A DNA stretch of 63,820 bases, filler included, from Octopus bimaculoides (Eukaryota): NCBI RefSeq assembly GCF_001194135.2. It is 8 parts of 7 records of this genome, joined end to end, with 100 filler letters (N's around TTAATTAATTAA, not from the genome) between each part and the next. Parts side by side here need not be neighbours in the genome. Positions count along the whole stretch, not along the records: positions 1 to 18,664 come from NC_068982.1; positions 18,765 to 21,918 come from NW_026378521.1; positions 22,019 to 28,429 come from NC_068984.1; 5 more parts are not named here. One strand, written 5' to 3'. A program made the position numbers and the translations under genes. The notes below the pieces were generated by a model that had not been told where the DNA came from, searched no databases, and was given only the letters and a program-made list of their open reading frames with translations. Numbering within the stretch: the stretch's first letter is position 1; each line of letters opens with the position of its first letter. This document shows, piece by piece, positions 14,138-27,980 of the stretch.

Positions 14138-14975
14138 GTCAATATAGAGTTGAAGACCTGTTAACGAAACCAAAAAAAAAAAAAAAACCCGAGCCAACTA
14201 GGTATAAAATGTGTGTAGAAAACGAATATGAAAAAAGAATTGCGCAAACGAACGTGGGATGAGGGTAGAATACATTCGAAAACTTCACAAAATCCGATTT
14301 TATCCCCATAACTTTCAGGCAAATGGGTATCTATATTGATGAAATTTTATTAAAAAAATATCGTTCAAATGTAACAAATTACGATTATGAACAAATTTCT
14401 GAGGAAAATGTTTTCTGAAGAGGTGGGGAGAGGACTCTCGGAAGATTAACACGATCCGTTTTACAGAAACACGTTTGAAACAGCATAGATTACGATTATT
14501 AAGAAATTTGTTGGGAAAATGTTCTCCGAAAGGGTTGGGAAGAGGTCCGTCGGAAAGTTCACACCATCCGTTTTTTTTACCAAGTCATCCCCACGCATTT
14601 CACCAAAAGAAAAATAACACGAATTTTTGCGTGGAATCAACTTCCTTGACCTCCTATTCTCCAGAAACCCTATTTGGTAGTTCTAATCGTAATCTACGCT
14701 GTTGGAAAGGTGCTTCTGTGAAATGTCATTAAAAGATATCCATTTTCCTGAGGAGAAAGACACANNNNNNNNNNTCAATAAATATCCATTTTCTGAAAGT
14801 TATAGAGGGAAATCGGATCTTCTTAACTTTCTGAAAGTCCTTTCCCCAACCGATCCCCTCCTACGTTCGTTTGCGCAATTTTTTTTTTTATATTTGTTTT
14901 CTACACTCTTTTTAATACCTAGTAGACTGGCATTTTTTTGTTTTTCGTTAACGGATCTTTAACTTTATATTGACC
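14138..14975. mobile_element. Foldback/MITE-like element with about 200-bp TIRs and internal 70-bp direct subrepeats
   Basis: Left GTCAATATAGAGTTGAAGACCTGTTAACG...ACTAGGTAT...AATTGCGCAAACGAACGT matches the reverse complement of 14765-14975. Internal direct repeats at about 14390-14462 and 14502-14575. Confidence 0.8.
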
Positions 14976-17900
14976 GTAAGTGCTTGTATTATGCATGGAG
15001 GATGCATGATTTCGTCTCTATATATAATGCGAACTTAAACATACTGGCTCACAGAATCACACATGCATAAAATCATTTACATATATTCATCCATAAATTT
15101 TAGAAATTGATGCACAGTGTTTTCTGAACATCTGATGAGTGCAATGCTCTTACTTATAGGCCAGTGAATAAGAAATAAATATTTGGATCACACCTTATTA
15201 GAACTCTCTCTCAAGAAATCTGAAATTAACCCGTGGGAGAATACAAGGAAAGTAGCCGTCCACGATGTAGGTAGTCACAAAGGAAAAGGTCAAATATGAA
15301 ATTATTGATAAGTGAAAATTTATGTAATGGTTAACTGATCTATGTATCATAAAATGAATAACGTAAGTTTTAAAAGAATTTAATTATTCATATTTATGTG
15401 AGAAATATTGACTAGTTTGACACGCAACAAAATTTCAATTGACGAAATCTGTTAGTAGAAATAGTAGAAAGAGTTCCAACAGAAATGGATATCAATCAAG
15501 TGATATGAACACTCAAAAAAAAAACAAAAAACAATCCGCTCGATTTGCAACATTCAGATGACATCGGTACAAACAAACAATAATATGTAAGATCTTTGAA
15601 AACGAAGAAAACGGAGTAAATCCCCAGCAGCGAGCGCGGTTTGTAAGTTTAGCCACATAAAAAGAAGAAATAATTAAAAAATTCGCAACTATATGATTGA
15701 TTATGCACAATGTTCAATAGTTAATACTGTTTGCTGAGAAATATATATATTAAGTTGTAGATACTTAAACAAAAGTAAATCAATATCATACAGTATTCTA
15801 GGCTTCAGTTTTTGATTTTCTGCCAAACTCATGTAAATGCTTAATATTCCACGTATATACAAGTACACTAACATGAGTAATACCATGTAGTGAGAGAGAA
15901 ATCTAACACCAACAATTCAACTACAGTTCATATCTACATCGCTTGCATTTGTTTTCTTAGATAGTAACAACGGAATATATCATTAGTAATGCCATGAATA
16001 AACTAAAAAAATCGGAAACGACAATATGAAATAGTTCAAGGAGTATTGCAGGTTAGAATGTATGGCAGCATAAATCCCAATTTAAATTGACATCTAAAAT
16101 TCATACACATTACGTATGCAAAATTCATTTATACATACTGTGAATTATTTGTACTAATTAGCAATACACTCTCATTAACGTCTAGACAATATCTATATCC
16201 TTATGTTCCTTTCTGAATGTACAATATTCCATGCAAAAGAGTAAAGATGACTGATAAGCATACAAACATACAGAAGATCTTTACAAGATAAGGCGGATCG
16301 TATTTGATGTTCATACACGCACATATTAAATGTAATGTGCTTCCACATGATTGTTCTATAATTTTTCATATTCAGCTTTTCATAAAATCGTAAAATAAGC
16401 ATATAAATTTGTAAATATCTTTGAAATTTCTGCCAGAGTATTCCAGTAAACCTAATTACGTATATTCAAACACAAAGATACCTGCGCGCTTATCATGACA
16501 ACTATATACTGTTATATGCATTCTTGCGTATATACAATCATATCTACACACATATTCGTAAATGCAAACACATACACACACACACACACATACACAAACA
16601 CACACACATTCTCTCTCTNNNNNNNNNNNNNNNNNNNNNNNNNNNNNNNNNNNNNNNNNNNNNNNNNNNNNNNNNNNNNNNNNNNNNNNNNNNNNNNNNN
16701 NNNNNNNNNNNNNNNNNNNNNNNNNNNNNNNNNNNNNNNNNNNNNNNNNNNNNNNNNNNNNNNNNNNNNNNNNNNNNNNNNNNNNNNNNNNNNNNNNNNN
16801 NNNNNNNNNNNNNNNNNNNNNNNNNNNNNNNNNNNNNNNNNNNNNNNNNNNNNNNNNNNNNNNNNNNNNNNNNNNNNNTATATACATATATATATTATTT
16901 TATAGATAGATAGATAGATAGATAGATAGATGAGAGTGCGAAGTGAATTCATTTAATTTATGAGAAATAATACATACTTGACTAGCCTAAAGTAATACTT
17001 ACATAGATGTCTGTCGAATATTTGTAAAATGCATCAGCACTTCATAAACAATCGAGAGAAAAATATATGCATCAACTACGCTCATCAATATTCAAGCAAC
17101 TAACTTTATCTATCTTTATATAATGTAAAGAGTGCATATATTAATGCAAATTGCCTTAAATCAACAGATTTTTATATATTTATATAAAATAAATATCGTT
17201 ATGTTTTTACAGTACAAATTGGATTGAGAGGAACATAAAACTATAAATCGTTTCTGGGACATTCTAAATCAAATTAAATTTCCATATCGAATTCTAATCT
17301 TTCCCTCGTACGCCATTCACGATTGGTTCTACATATTTCTCATTTAATTATCTTTTTCTTTTTTTCTAGTTTTCTTTTATTCAAGCACTTCATCTCTGCT
17401 AATTATTAATCCATACAGAATGTTCTTCGAAAATGTCCTTATAGCATTATGATCAGATATTGGAATTACATATTTTCAGTTCTTAGCAAAAATTGAATAT
17501 ATAAACAAATCAACGTACATGTATAATATGTAAATCAAAGGCCCAATCTATACTGATAGATACCAAAGATTAGTCTGAAACTGTATCGATTGCCGTTTTA
17601 CCTAGTACATTTTACCTAATGATTTAAGCATTTCTAGTTAAAATGCCTCTAGACTTATTAGACATGTACAAATTAGGTTCAGTTTATATTTGTAATATGA
17701 TATGCAGTTAATAGTAAGTAACAATGCGCAATTAAATCACGCTTACACTTGTGCTATAAGTGTAAATCACAAATCAGAGTGATACATATTCTACAGCACT
17801 ATGAAATTTTCGTGATTAAAAATATATTCTTCATCGCTAATTTACATGTATTTAAGAAAACAACTTTTCATCTCATTTCCAAACCTACTCTCCATTAGAT

Positions 17901-18624
17901 GTCATTGTGTTTCATATCTTATTTTCAAATGGTCATCGTTTATTTACTCACGATTATATAGGTGGAAATGCGCTACAAGTTACTGTAACGTTCTTCAAAG
18001 TTGTAGATAACAATCTTCATTTTAAGGAGGTATTAAACAATCTGATACAATGAGCTCATAGGCAATGCAAATTATCATAGGCACCGTGTAAAACATAAAT
18101 GAATATATACAAGGAAAGAAAAAAATGCGTTCAGCAAGCGTTTTAATTTCACGAAATTACAAAAAATATTTGTAACCTGTCAAGATAGTCAGTTAAAGTT
18201 AATCTTGTACAAAGTAGTCATAGTTCTTGTGGGTTTCTCATGGTATAAGTCCTATAACAGTTTGCAGGGAACATATTTTTCAAATACAAACTTGCAAACT
18301 TGCTTGTGTATTTACTCCTATGTATTTTAACTCAAAAATAGTGTTCATCTACTATTTGATAACAAGTTTATAAGGATTATAAATTTGTAATTTCTCTAAA
18401 TTTAGCTACTTCTATTTTAACACAAAGTGGGAAGCGTTAGTAACAAGTAAACAAAAATATACACCGGTATGTCGAGTGCAGTGAAAAATTTACTATCGCT
18501 TGACTATACGCCATCACAATTCGTAGTGTTTATTTCTTCGAAGTTTAAATGTAATACCAGATATAAGTGAATACTAAGATATTTACTCTCCATGTAAAAG
18601 TAAGTACATGCCCAGAAACGTGCA

Positions 18625-18664
<40 letters not shown>

Positions 18665-18708
18665 NNNNNNNNNNNNNNNNNNNNNNNNNNNNNNNNNNNN
18701 NNNNNNNN

Positions 18709-18720
18709 TTAATTAATTAA
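18709..18720. other. Artificial six-frame-stop gap linker TTAATTAATTAA (also at 21963, 28474, 34698, 39408, 59053, 61644)
   Basis: Identical 12-mer centred in 100-base N blocks seven times. Confidence 0.95.
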
Positions 18721-18764
18721 NNNNNNNNNNNNNNNNNNNNNNNNNNNNNNNNNNNNNNNNNNNN

Positions 18765-18806
<42 letters not shown>

Positions 18807-19159
18807 TAAACGAGTTAAAAATAATTGTCATTACATATTTTTTCCATTATTGGAGCAAATATGGCTTACAGCTGTTTCCAGGCTTATTACTGATTGGTTT
18901 ACTCAATTAGTCTATTGATCAAATGACGAAAATTGAACAGCCTAAGAAAATTAGCGCTACTTTCATGAGACCCGTTTCTGGTTATAACAAACAGAGCAGA
19001 CCTCCCTATCACACCGTTACCCAGCCGGGTGGCGACATACCCGTTTCTTATTACGGGTAGGAGGATGCTTTCAGGGGAAACGAATTAAAACTATCGGGTC
19101 TAAAGAGTTGGATTACACACGAGAGGGCATCTTGCAGCATATTATAATCTTTCGTAAAT

Positions 19160-19250
19160 CGGTGTTACTGGAATGGCAGTTTTCTTTATGGAACCAAAGA
19201 TGGGACGAAAAGGTGAAGTTGATTTCCTGGGTATTGAACACAGACCGGCT
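19160..19250 (-). mobile_element. Highly degenerate SINE core fragment
   Basis: GGAACCAAAGATGGGACGAAAAGGTGAAGTTGA...TATTGAACACAGA resembles the SINE core seen at 48440-48495 and 53500-53550. Confidence 0.35.
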
Positions 19251-19449
19251 GATATCGTGGATGATGGGATGGAATGTGTATTTACGTGGAGTGAAGTTCT
19301 ACGCGCGCGTGAGAGTGTGTATAGAAATAGTGTGTAATAAGTTTATATATACACATACATACATATATATAAATATAACTATATATACATACATAACTAT
19401 ATATATACATACATGATCATATCTATATATATATACATATATACACGCA

Positions 19450-19481
<32 letters not shown>

Positions 19482-19491
19482 NNNNNNNNNN

Positions 19492-19528
<37 letters not shown>

Positions 19529-19561
19529 TATAATTACGTAGATAACAATGGGTGTACACAC

Positions 19562-19563
19562 AA

Positions 19564-19622
<59 letters not shown>

Positions 19623-19756
19623 TGCACGTATTTTATATATATATATATATATATAATTATATACACGTATTTATACATACAATAAAAATCATTCACATAT
19701 ATACACACATATATATACACACACACAGAAAGAGAGAGAGAGAGATAGAGAGAAGC

Positions 19757-19793
<37 letters not shown>

Positions 19794-19825
19794 AAAGAGA
19801 GTGAGAGAGAGAGAGAGAGAGAAAG
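19562..19825. repeat. Compound (GATA)n / (TA)n / (GA)n microsatellite
   Basis: Read directly. Further (GATA)n tracts at about 16905-16930, 20625-20720 and 21145-21190. Confidence 0.95.
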
Positions 19826-20164
19826 AGATACGTGCATACATATAAACCCACGAGCTTATATACACACAAACAGAATTTCATACACAAATACTGAGAGGCA
19901 CGTATACACACCAACACTCCGATGTAGATAGTTACGATTCTGAACGTTTCGAGTTCAAATCCCATCTGGTACCGTTTTAACACTCATCTTTTGGGGATCG
20001 GTGAAAAGTTCTTTACAAAGACTTAATTTGTTTTCCATTATCCCAAGTTTCATAGTTCCATGTTTACATCCAACTTATTATCAACAATTCACTGTGTGTG
20101 TGTGTATGTGTATCATGCCTATTTGTATTGAATGGGTGTATATATATGTGTGTGTATGTGTGTT

Positions 20165-20195
<31 letters not shown>

Positions 20196-20358
20196 GTTTG
20201 TGTGTGTGTGTGTGTGTGTTTCTCTTTATACATATAGACGTACATACATAGAAAGTGTTTATATATATATGAACAGATTCGTATACGTAAAACATGCATA
20301 TATATATATATATATATGTATATGTATGTATATATATATATGTATATATAAATATATA

Positions 20359-20593
20359 TAGTAAGCTCTCGTACTATCGAGGGTGTTACGTTCCAAAAAA
20401 AAAACCGTGATAGGTGAAAATCCACGAAGTAGAAACAATATTGTATTGTATATTTCTTTTTAATTATTTTTATAAGTTATATATATATATATTTATTTTA
20501 TTTCAGATCCAAACCAAACATCGCCGAGGAATCGTCGTACCTTAAATGATAAAACGCCATAGGCGAACCGCAATATATGGCAAGAGATCACTG
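20359..20593. mobile_element. Tigger/pogo-like MITE
   Basis: Left TAGTAAGCTCTCGTACTATCGAGGG versus right reverse-complement CAGTGATCTCTTGCCATATATTGCGG, a CAGT-type TIR. About 235 bp, in a TA-rich context. Confidence 0.65.
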
Positions 20594-20625
<32 letters not shown>

Positions 20626-20832
20626 GATAGATAGATAGATAGATAGATGGATAGATAGATGGATAGATAGATAGATAGATGGATAGATAGATGGATAGAT
20701 AGATAGATAGATAGATAGAAAGATACATACATATACAGAGTGAGAGATATACAAACAGAAAGATATGAAGACAGTCAAAATTATATATACATAAGCACAC
20801 ACACAAATATATATATCTACATACACACACAC

Positions 20833-20874
<42 letters not shown>

Positions 20875-20953
20875 NNNNNNNNNNNNNNNNNNNNNNNNNN
20901 NNNNNNNNNNNNNNNNNNNNNNNNNNNNNNNNNNNNNNNNNNNNNNNNNNNNN

Positions 20954-20998
<45 letters not shown>

Positions 20999-21148
20999 AT
21001 ATATATATACATGCATATTTCAAACAATATATATACATACATATATATTTCAACTATATATACATATATATGTGCACACATAGAAGAACTGAACGCAAAA
21101 CAACGTCGAGTCAACGTACATTTCTTAACCACAATGCTATGGATAGAC

Positions 21149-21191
<43 letters not shown>

Positions 21192-21261
21192 CTGCGTGTG
21201 TGCGAGGGAGAGAGAGAAAGAGAGAGAGAGGCAGACAGACAGACGGATGAGGAGACAGAGT

Positions 21262-21460
21262 GACAGCTGCCGCAGGCATTGTCGAATTGGTTAAGAACTA
21301 AGCTGCTAAATTCTGAATCTCCGGGATCGATACCGCCTTGCGGTACCTTTTCTCGGCAGAAAAGTATTTCACAATCGCTTCCGACCGGTATAAAAGTTCT
21401 TGCAAGTGTGTGTGAAATAAATTTGCCGAAAACTACGTGAGAATTTGTGCAGTGGATCGA
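21262..21460 (+). mobile_element. Degenerate tRNA-headed SINE
   Basis: GCAGGCATTGTCGAATTGGTTAAGA (A-box-like) followed by GGGATCGATACC (B-box-like). Confidence 0.5.
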
Positions 21461-21704
21461 ATTCGTATATTCAAGAAAAACAAAGAAACAGAAAAAAAAA
21501 AGCCCAAATCTAAGCAAGTCTCGCTCTCGCACAGACAGAAACTAAACCTGCTTCAGTATGGTGTTAAATAATATAGGGACACGTTGCTACGGTGTACTCG
21601 GCCTCTATGTAATACATAATTTGATTTAACTTCCAGGTAATGTTGAACATCGAAAAAAATAGACATTATGTGACCGGTCGCAAGGTATATCGGCAGGAAA
21701 AGAT

Positions 21705-21741
<37 letters not shown>

Positions 21742-22589
21742 ACATATATATCCATATATGTATGTATATACATATATATAAATGTATATATACAAACATA
21801 TGTATACGTATATATACGTATATACACAAACATATGTGTATACATATATAAATATATACATACACACATATATATATATATATTTATATATATATATACG
21901 TACATATATATACATAAANNNNNNNNNNNNNNNNNNNNNNNNNNNNNNNNNNNNNNNNNNNNTTAATTAATTAANNNNNNNNNNNNNNNNNNNNNNNNNN
22001 NNNNNNNNNNNNNNNNNNATATGTGTGAGATGTTTATATAAGTGGAGTGTGTCTGTGTGTCTGTGTGTCTGTACGTGATATACACAATGCACACAAACAG
22101 ACGCTGAACAGATGCAAATACACACACATACCCAAAGAATATATATGTGTGTGTGTGTATATGTGTAGGTACAGACGTAGATAGATGAATATAGATACAT
22201 ACCGCGAGAGATAGATAGATAGATAGAGAGAGAAATATGTGTCTGTGTGTCTAATATATGTCTAAAAGTTAGACATGATTTAGATTTGTATATGAGTTTA
22301 CGTTAATATATTTGCCTCCCACTCCCTCTCACTACCTCTCATCTCAGACCCTCCTTCTTTACACACGCATATAGATACACGCACACAGAGATGCAAATAC
22401 ATATGGTAACCCATACACAAAACAAATGCTTGTATCTATGTATTTCTGTTCACATCGGGATTCTTCTTTAAAGTTCACAATTATAGAAATAATAGCTTTT
22501 TACCAAGCAACAATGCTTTTACATCGATATAATGAGATAGTCCCATATGTACAGTAATTATAAATGTGTATAGCAATGTAAACACACAC

Positions 22590-22649
<60 letters not shown>

Positions 22650-22809
22650 CTTATATGTATGTATCTGTATATTCGTTTATGCCCCTACATATTTGTTTTC
22701 GTTCGGTTTCCTTGTATCTGTCCACTGTATTGTTTTTGTTCCCAAATTTGACCCTCCGTAAATCCCAAATTTTATTTTGGTACTTATAATATCCACTGTC
22801 TTCGAAGAC

Positions 22810-23220
22810 TTATATTGTCATTCAATGCTCGAAATGAGGAGAAGATAGACAGCCGACAGCTGATGAAGGGTCGTTCTTTATGCTACTTGTCCTGTTTTCC
22901 ATTTGTCTTTCGTTTGCGTATCAAACTCATTTGTTTTCGTATTTCATGTTGTTTACTGTTGGTGATGTCCAGTGGCCTTCTCTTCATGCTCATTTTCCCT
23001 CGTTCACTTCACTGTGTCCCTTTCATCTTTTCTCGCCCCTTCTTAATTCTTCTATCCCTCTGCCTCTACCTCTCTCTTTTCTCTCCCCACGTGACCGGTG
23101 TTCGGTCAGGCCTGACCTTTTTTTCTTGGTTCGAATACCATCCGTGCAACATCTATATTCCTTCCTGTGCTTGTCAAATCTTATGTCCCTGCCGTAAGGC
23201 TTTACTTCCACGCACGCCAG
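22810..23220 (+). mobile_element. Third copy of the repeat family forming the 5715-6650 foldback
   Basis: AATGCTCGAAATGAGGAGAAGATAGACAGCCGACAGCTGATGAAGGG matches 6465-6510 and is followed by the CT-rich CACGTGACC core seen at 6050-6200. Confidence 0.75.
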
Positions 23221-23571
23221 CTTAATTTAATTCGTCCTTAGTCGAAAGACATCTGTTGTTATGTCCTGTTAATTGCATTTGTATATGTATAACCTTTCTC
23301 TGTTTTTTGCGTCCTTGTTTTTGTATACATTCGCTGCTTTCTTCCAAGGAATCTAATGCTCTTAAGTTATTTTTTCCTTGAGGCTGGCCAGATTGGAGCA
23401 ATCTCAAGTATAACCAGCCGAAATTGCAAAGATAATCTGGAACTCGACTGAGAGAAAAAATCTCCGATCGACTCGTCCTGGTATTCCCTGTATCGTCTGT
23501 CTGTATATTTAGTTGTCCCTTTTTTGTTTCATCTAACTGTCTCGATGATTTGCGTTCTTGTCCCATTTTTG

Positions 23572-23612
<41 letters not shown>

Positions 23613-24157
23613 NNNNNNNNNNNNNNNNNNNNNNNNNNNNNNNNNNNNNNNNNNNNNNNNNNNNNNNNNNNNNNNNNNNNNNNNNNNNNNNNNNNNNNNN
23701 NNNNNNNNNNNNNNNNNNNNNNNNNNNNNNNNNNNNNNNNNNNNNNNNNNNNNNNNNNNNNNNNNNNNNNNNNNNNNNNNNNNNNNNNNNNNNNNNNNNN
23801 NNNNNNNNNNNNNNNNNNNNNNNNNNNNNNNNNNNNNNNNNNNNNNNNNNNNNNNNNNNNNNNNNNNNNNNNNNNNNNNNNNNNNNNNNNNNNNNNNNNN
23901 NNNNNNNNNNNNNNNNNNNNNNNNNNNNNNNNNNNNNNNNNNNNNNNNNNNNNNNNNNNNNNNNNNNNNNNNNNNNNNNNNNNNNNNNNNNNNNNNNNNN
24001 NNNNNNNNNNNNNNNNNNNNNNNNNNNNNNNNNNNNNNNNNNNNNNNNNNNNNNNNNNNNNNNNNNNNNNNNNNNNNNNNNNNNNNNNNNNNNNNNNNNN
24101 NNNNNNNNNNNNNNNNNNNNNNNNNNNNNNNNNNNNNNNNNNNNNNNNNNNNNNNNN

Positions 24158-24189
<32 letters not shown>

Positions 24190-25877
24190 GTATGTATGTA
24201 TGTAATTTTTTATATTTCACTGCACGGACTCGTCTGTATTTCCTGAAACGTTTGACTACATACGTATGTCGGCTTTAAAGAAAATATATGCAAAAACTTA
24301 GTTTTTCTTCTTATCGCCATGCTTTGCCTAAGAATTCATTCTTGTAAAATTTTATTATTCCAGATAGCAAGATCGAGTACATTGCGTACATTCTAGAGAT
24401 GTTTTCTTTCCCCAAAAACCGAAATTAAGCCGAGTTTTCCCCTAAACGTTTGTTACATATTTTTGAGCTTTAACAACAATTATTATAAACCTGAACGCGT
24501 ACTTTAGCTACTGGAATGGAAGACTCCACATACATGCTCCGCTGTCGGCTGCTTTTTCTCCTATGTTTCACTTGCCACATTGATTAGTACAAAAAGCTGG
24601 GGGGTTTTTCAGTGTTGTCCCGAACAACAATATGAGGTTGTGTTTTAATTTGATTGCTGATTTATTATTTGTTAGCACCAATATTCTTTTGATCCATCAA
24701 TCGCAATATGTTTTTTTTTTGCCCCAAACTTTCCCAGAACTAAAAGCCCATAATTAAATATTATCCTAATATAATTAGACTGACAGTGAAGGAAAACATG
24801 AAGTATCAATATATGTCATAATGCAAGGAACAAGACCGTCATAATTCATGAACCCTTTAACAAATTCAAACCTACGAGACTGATGGATATAACTGTACAA
24901 CTGAAGGATATCGCTGTACAACTAGTCTCTAAGGAATGGAAAAGATTCACAGACAATAAGAATATCAAACATATATTACCATCATCACCTATCAACGGAT
25001 ACATACATACCTACATACATACACACACCTATATATGATATACACACACATACACATATTTATGTGTATATGGATATATATATATATATATGCATATATG
25101 TATGTAGCTATATGTATATATGTATATATANNNNNNNNNNNNNNNNNNNNNNNNNNNNNNNNNNNNNNNNNNNNNNNNNNNNNNNNNNNNNNNNNNNNNN
25201 NNNNNNNNNNNNNNNNNNNNNNNNNNNNNNNNNNNNNNNNNNNNNNNNNNNNNNNNNNNNNNNNNNNNNNNNNNNNNNNNNNNNNNNNNNNNNNNNNNNN
25301 NNNNNNNNNNNNNNNNNNNNNNNNNNNNNNNNNNNNNNNNNNNNNNNNNNNNNNNNNNNNNNNNNNNNNNNNNNNNNNNNNNNNNNNNNNNNNNNNNNNN
25401 NNNNNNNNNNNNNNNNNNNNNNNNNNNNNNNNNNNNNNNNNNNNNNNNNNNNNNNNNNNNNNNNNNNNNNNNNNNNNNNNNNNNNNNNNNNNNNNNNNNN
25501 NNNNNNNNNNNNNNNNNNNNNNNNNNNNNNNNNNNNNNNNNNNNNNNNNNNNNNNNNNNNNNNNNNNNNNNNNNNNNNNNNNNNNNNNNNNNNNNNNNNN
25601 NNNNNNNNNNNNNNNNNNNNNNNNNNNNNNNNNNNNNNNNNNNNNNNNNNNNNNNNNNNNNNNNNNNNNNNNNNNNNNNNNNNNNNNNNNNNNNNNNNNN
25701 NNNNNNNNNNNNNNNNNNNNNNNNNNNNNNNNNNNNNNNNNNNNNNNNNNNNNNNNNNNNNNNNNNNNNNNNNNNNNNNNNNNNNNNNNNNNNNNNNNNN
25801 NNNNNNNNNNNNNNNNNNNNNNNNNNNNNNNNNNATATATATATATACATACATATGCATATACATATATACATATA

Positions 25878-26845
25878 GATTCCCCGCTAGTCTCCTGCAG
25901 GAATGTAAAAAACCAACTTGCAGTCCCTCAGACCAATCTCTGGAGAAATTCTGTAGACTCAGTTTATATATCGAAACATGTCCTATCCCAGTCTGTCATC
26001 CCGGTTTCCAAACAGGGAAACAGATCCCGCGCAGTCAACTATCACCCAATCTCACTCACCTCCCACATCATTAAAGTGTTTGAAAGGGTGGTAAGATCAA
26101 GGATAGCTGTCTTCCTGGAGACGCACAAACACCTAACTGCAGATCAGCATGGCATTCGCTGTGGCAGGGACTGGCTAACACATCTCTTACACCACCTTGA
26201 AGATATACTTAAAGTCTTGGGAACAGGTTCGAAATCTGATGTCATTTATCTTGACTTCAGTAAAGCGTTCGACAGGGTTGACCATAATATCTTACTCTCA
26301 AAATTGGCAAATTTTGGAATCCGTGGAAAACTTCTACACTGGATTAAGTATTTCCTGGCGAATAGAACACAAGAAGTTGTGGTCAATGGAGTCCACCCAA
26401 ACCCAGCAAAAGTCACCAGTAGTGTCCCTGAGGAGAATGACTTTGGCCCGCTCCTCTTTATTATTTACATAAATGACCTTTCCAGAGTCGTAAATCAATG
26501 CAAAGTGAAAATATTTGCTGATGACACTAAGCTCCATCAAATCGTCAAAGAAGAAGACCGAACTCAACTCCAGTCTGATCTATATGCTGTGAGTCAATGG
26601 GCAAACAAAAACACAGTGCAACTGAACGAGGGAAAATTTGAGAGGATGCATTTTGGAAGAAAGTCTATACTAAAACAGCCATACGCTCTTCCTTCAGGGG
26701 AACCGCTCACGGCATCTAATAAAATGAGAGACCTGGGTGTAATTGTTGATAACAGTCTCAGTTGGAGTGCCCACATCAACAATAAGGTCGGTATAGCTCG
26801 TAGGATGAGCTCCTGGATCTCATGAACCTTCCGGTCTGTTTTTAT
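25878..26845 (+). pseudogene. Reverse-transcriptase fragment of a CR1/L2-group LINE
   Basis: About 315 uninterrupted codons: NYHPISLTSHIIKVFER, QHGIR, YLDFSKAFDRVDH, GPLLFIIYINDL, FADDTKL (26514-26525). The GVPQGS motif has decayed to SVPEEN. Stop at 26823-26825. Truncated at both ends. Confidence 0.92.
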
Positions 26846-26895
26846 TCGCTGACTATGTAAATGTTTGCATGTACGTGCGAGGGAAGTGTGATGGT

Positions 26896-27112
26896 GGTGG
26901 GAGAGTTTGAAAAGTTCCTGGCTTTGGGTGAAACAAAACACAGGAGGATTAGTAAATTAGGATTTTATTCAACGTATTCCCCTCTCAGATCCAGAAACGT
27001 ATTGCAGCAATCCTTCAGTTCTTCTGGGCCATGTAGAAAAACTCGGAAGTTGGATTTCCAACCAAGCCTTTCACGAAACGCTTAATGCCAGTAGCTTTCC
27101 AGCACGCCTTCG
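26896..27112. mobile_element. Mariner-type MITE (diverged)
   Basis: Left GGGAGAGTTTGAAAAGTTCCTGGCTTT versus right reverse-complement (TA)CGAAGGCGTGCTGGAAAGCTACTGGCATT. Confidence 0.6.
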
Positions 27113-27134
27113 TAGGTATATATCTGTAAACGTA

Positions 27135-27364
27135 TTGGGTTGTCTGAAAAGTTCGTGCCGATTTTTAAAGGAAAGAAAAAAGGTCCATAAATACTTGCCA
27201 TTACATTTTTAATCAACCAAATATGAACCATTGTGTTGCATAATGCGTCTCCATCTTTCCTTTAACTTGAAATATACCCTCTTGCTAGAATTGAGGTGGT
27301 TTCATGGCATATAAATCGAAAGGTAAGCTACTATAAATCGGCACGAACTTTCCGGACAACCCAA
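27135..27364 (-). mobile_element. Young mariner-derived MITE (internal deletion derivative), 230 bp
   Basis: TIRs TTGGGTTGTCTGAAAAGTTCGTGCCGATTT and TTGGGTTGTCCGGAAAGTTCGTGCCGATTT (2 mismatches in 30), TA on both sides. The interior encodes KLKERWRRI, resembling a mariner transposase C-terminus. Confidence 0.9.
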
Positions 27365-27514
27365 TACATTTATACGTGCAAACTTAGACCTGTATGCCTA
27401 TGAGTGCATGTGCGCGTTATNNNNNNNNNNCGGCACGAACTTTCCGGACAACCCAATACATTTATACGTGCAAACTTAGACCTGTATGCCTATGAGTGCA
27501 TGTGCGCGTTATAT

Positions 27515-27746
27515 TGTGGTTAGGGCAATCGGCTCACAATCGTGTCCTTGGGCAAGGCACTTTATTTCATGTTTCTCCAGTACATTCAGTTGGCAAAAAA
27601 GAGTAGTGCCTGTATTTCAAAGGGCCAGCCTTGTCACACTCTGTGTTACCGTGAATCTCCCTGAGAACTACGTTAGGGGTACACGTCTCTGTGGAGTGCT
27701 CAGCCATTTGCATGATAATTTCAGGAACAAGCTGTTCCGTTGATCG
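27515..27746 (+). mobile_element. tRNA-derived SINE with internally deleted head
   Basis: TGTGGTTAGGGCAATCGGCTCACAATCG|TGTCCTTGGGCAAGGCACTT. The body shares about 130 bp with the inverted copy at 27981-28369. Confidence 0.8.
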
Positions 27747-27980
27747 TGCTCCTTCATATGTACGCATTTTTATACATCTACGAGTGTTTATGTACGCTTA
27801 TTACTAACTAAATTCTAGAATGTGTTATATATATTCACATTTCATTAATAACTCGTAGTTAGACTTTTCAAATTAGCCGTACATATGAAAATATGCTTGT
27901 AAACTTGTTCAACTCCCATACATACACACATACATACATACATACATACATACAGACATACATACATATATACATACATA

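Noticed and set aside
18709-18720. Recurrent TTAATTAATTAA as a spaced repeat or CRISPR-like array
   Set aside because: Always embedded in N blocks; an assembly linker.
19041-19065. TACCCGT/ACGGGTA hairpin as a Helitron 3' end
   Set aside because: No CTRR terminus at the expected distance.
27339-27512. Exact 82-bp direct repeat flanking a 10-N gap
   Set aside because: Identical sequence on both sides of a minimal gap indicates an uncollapsed contig overlap.
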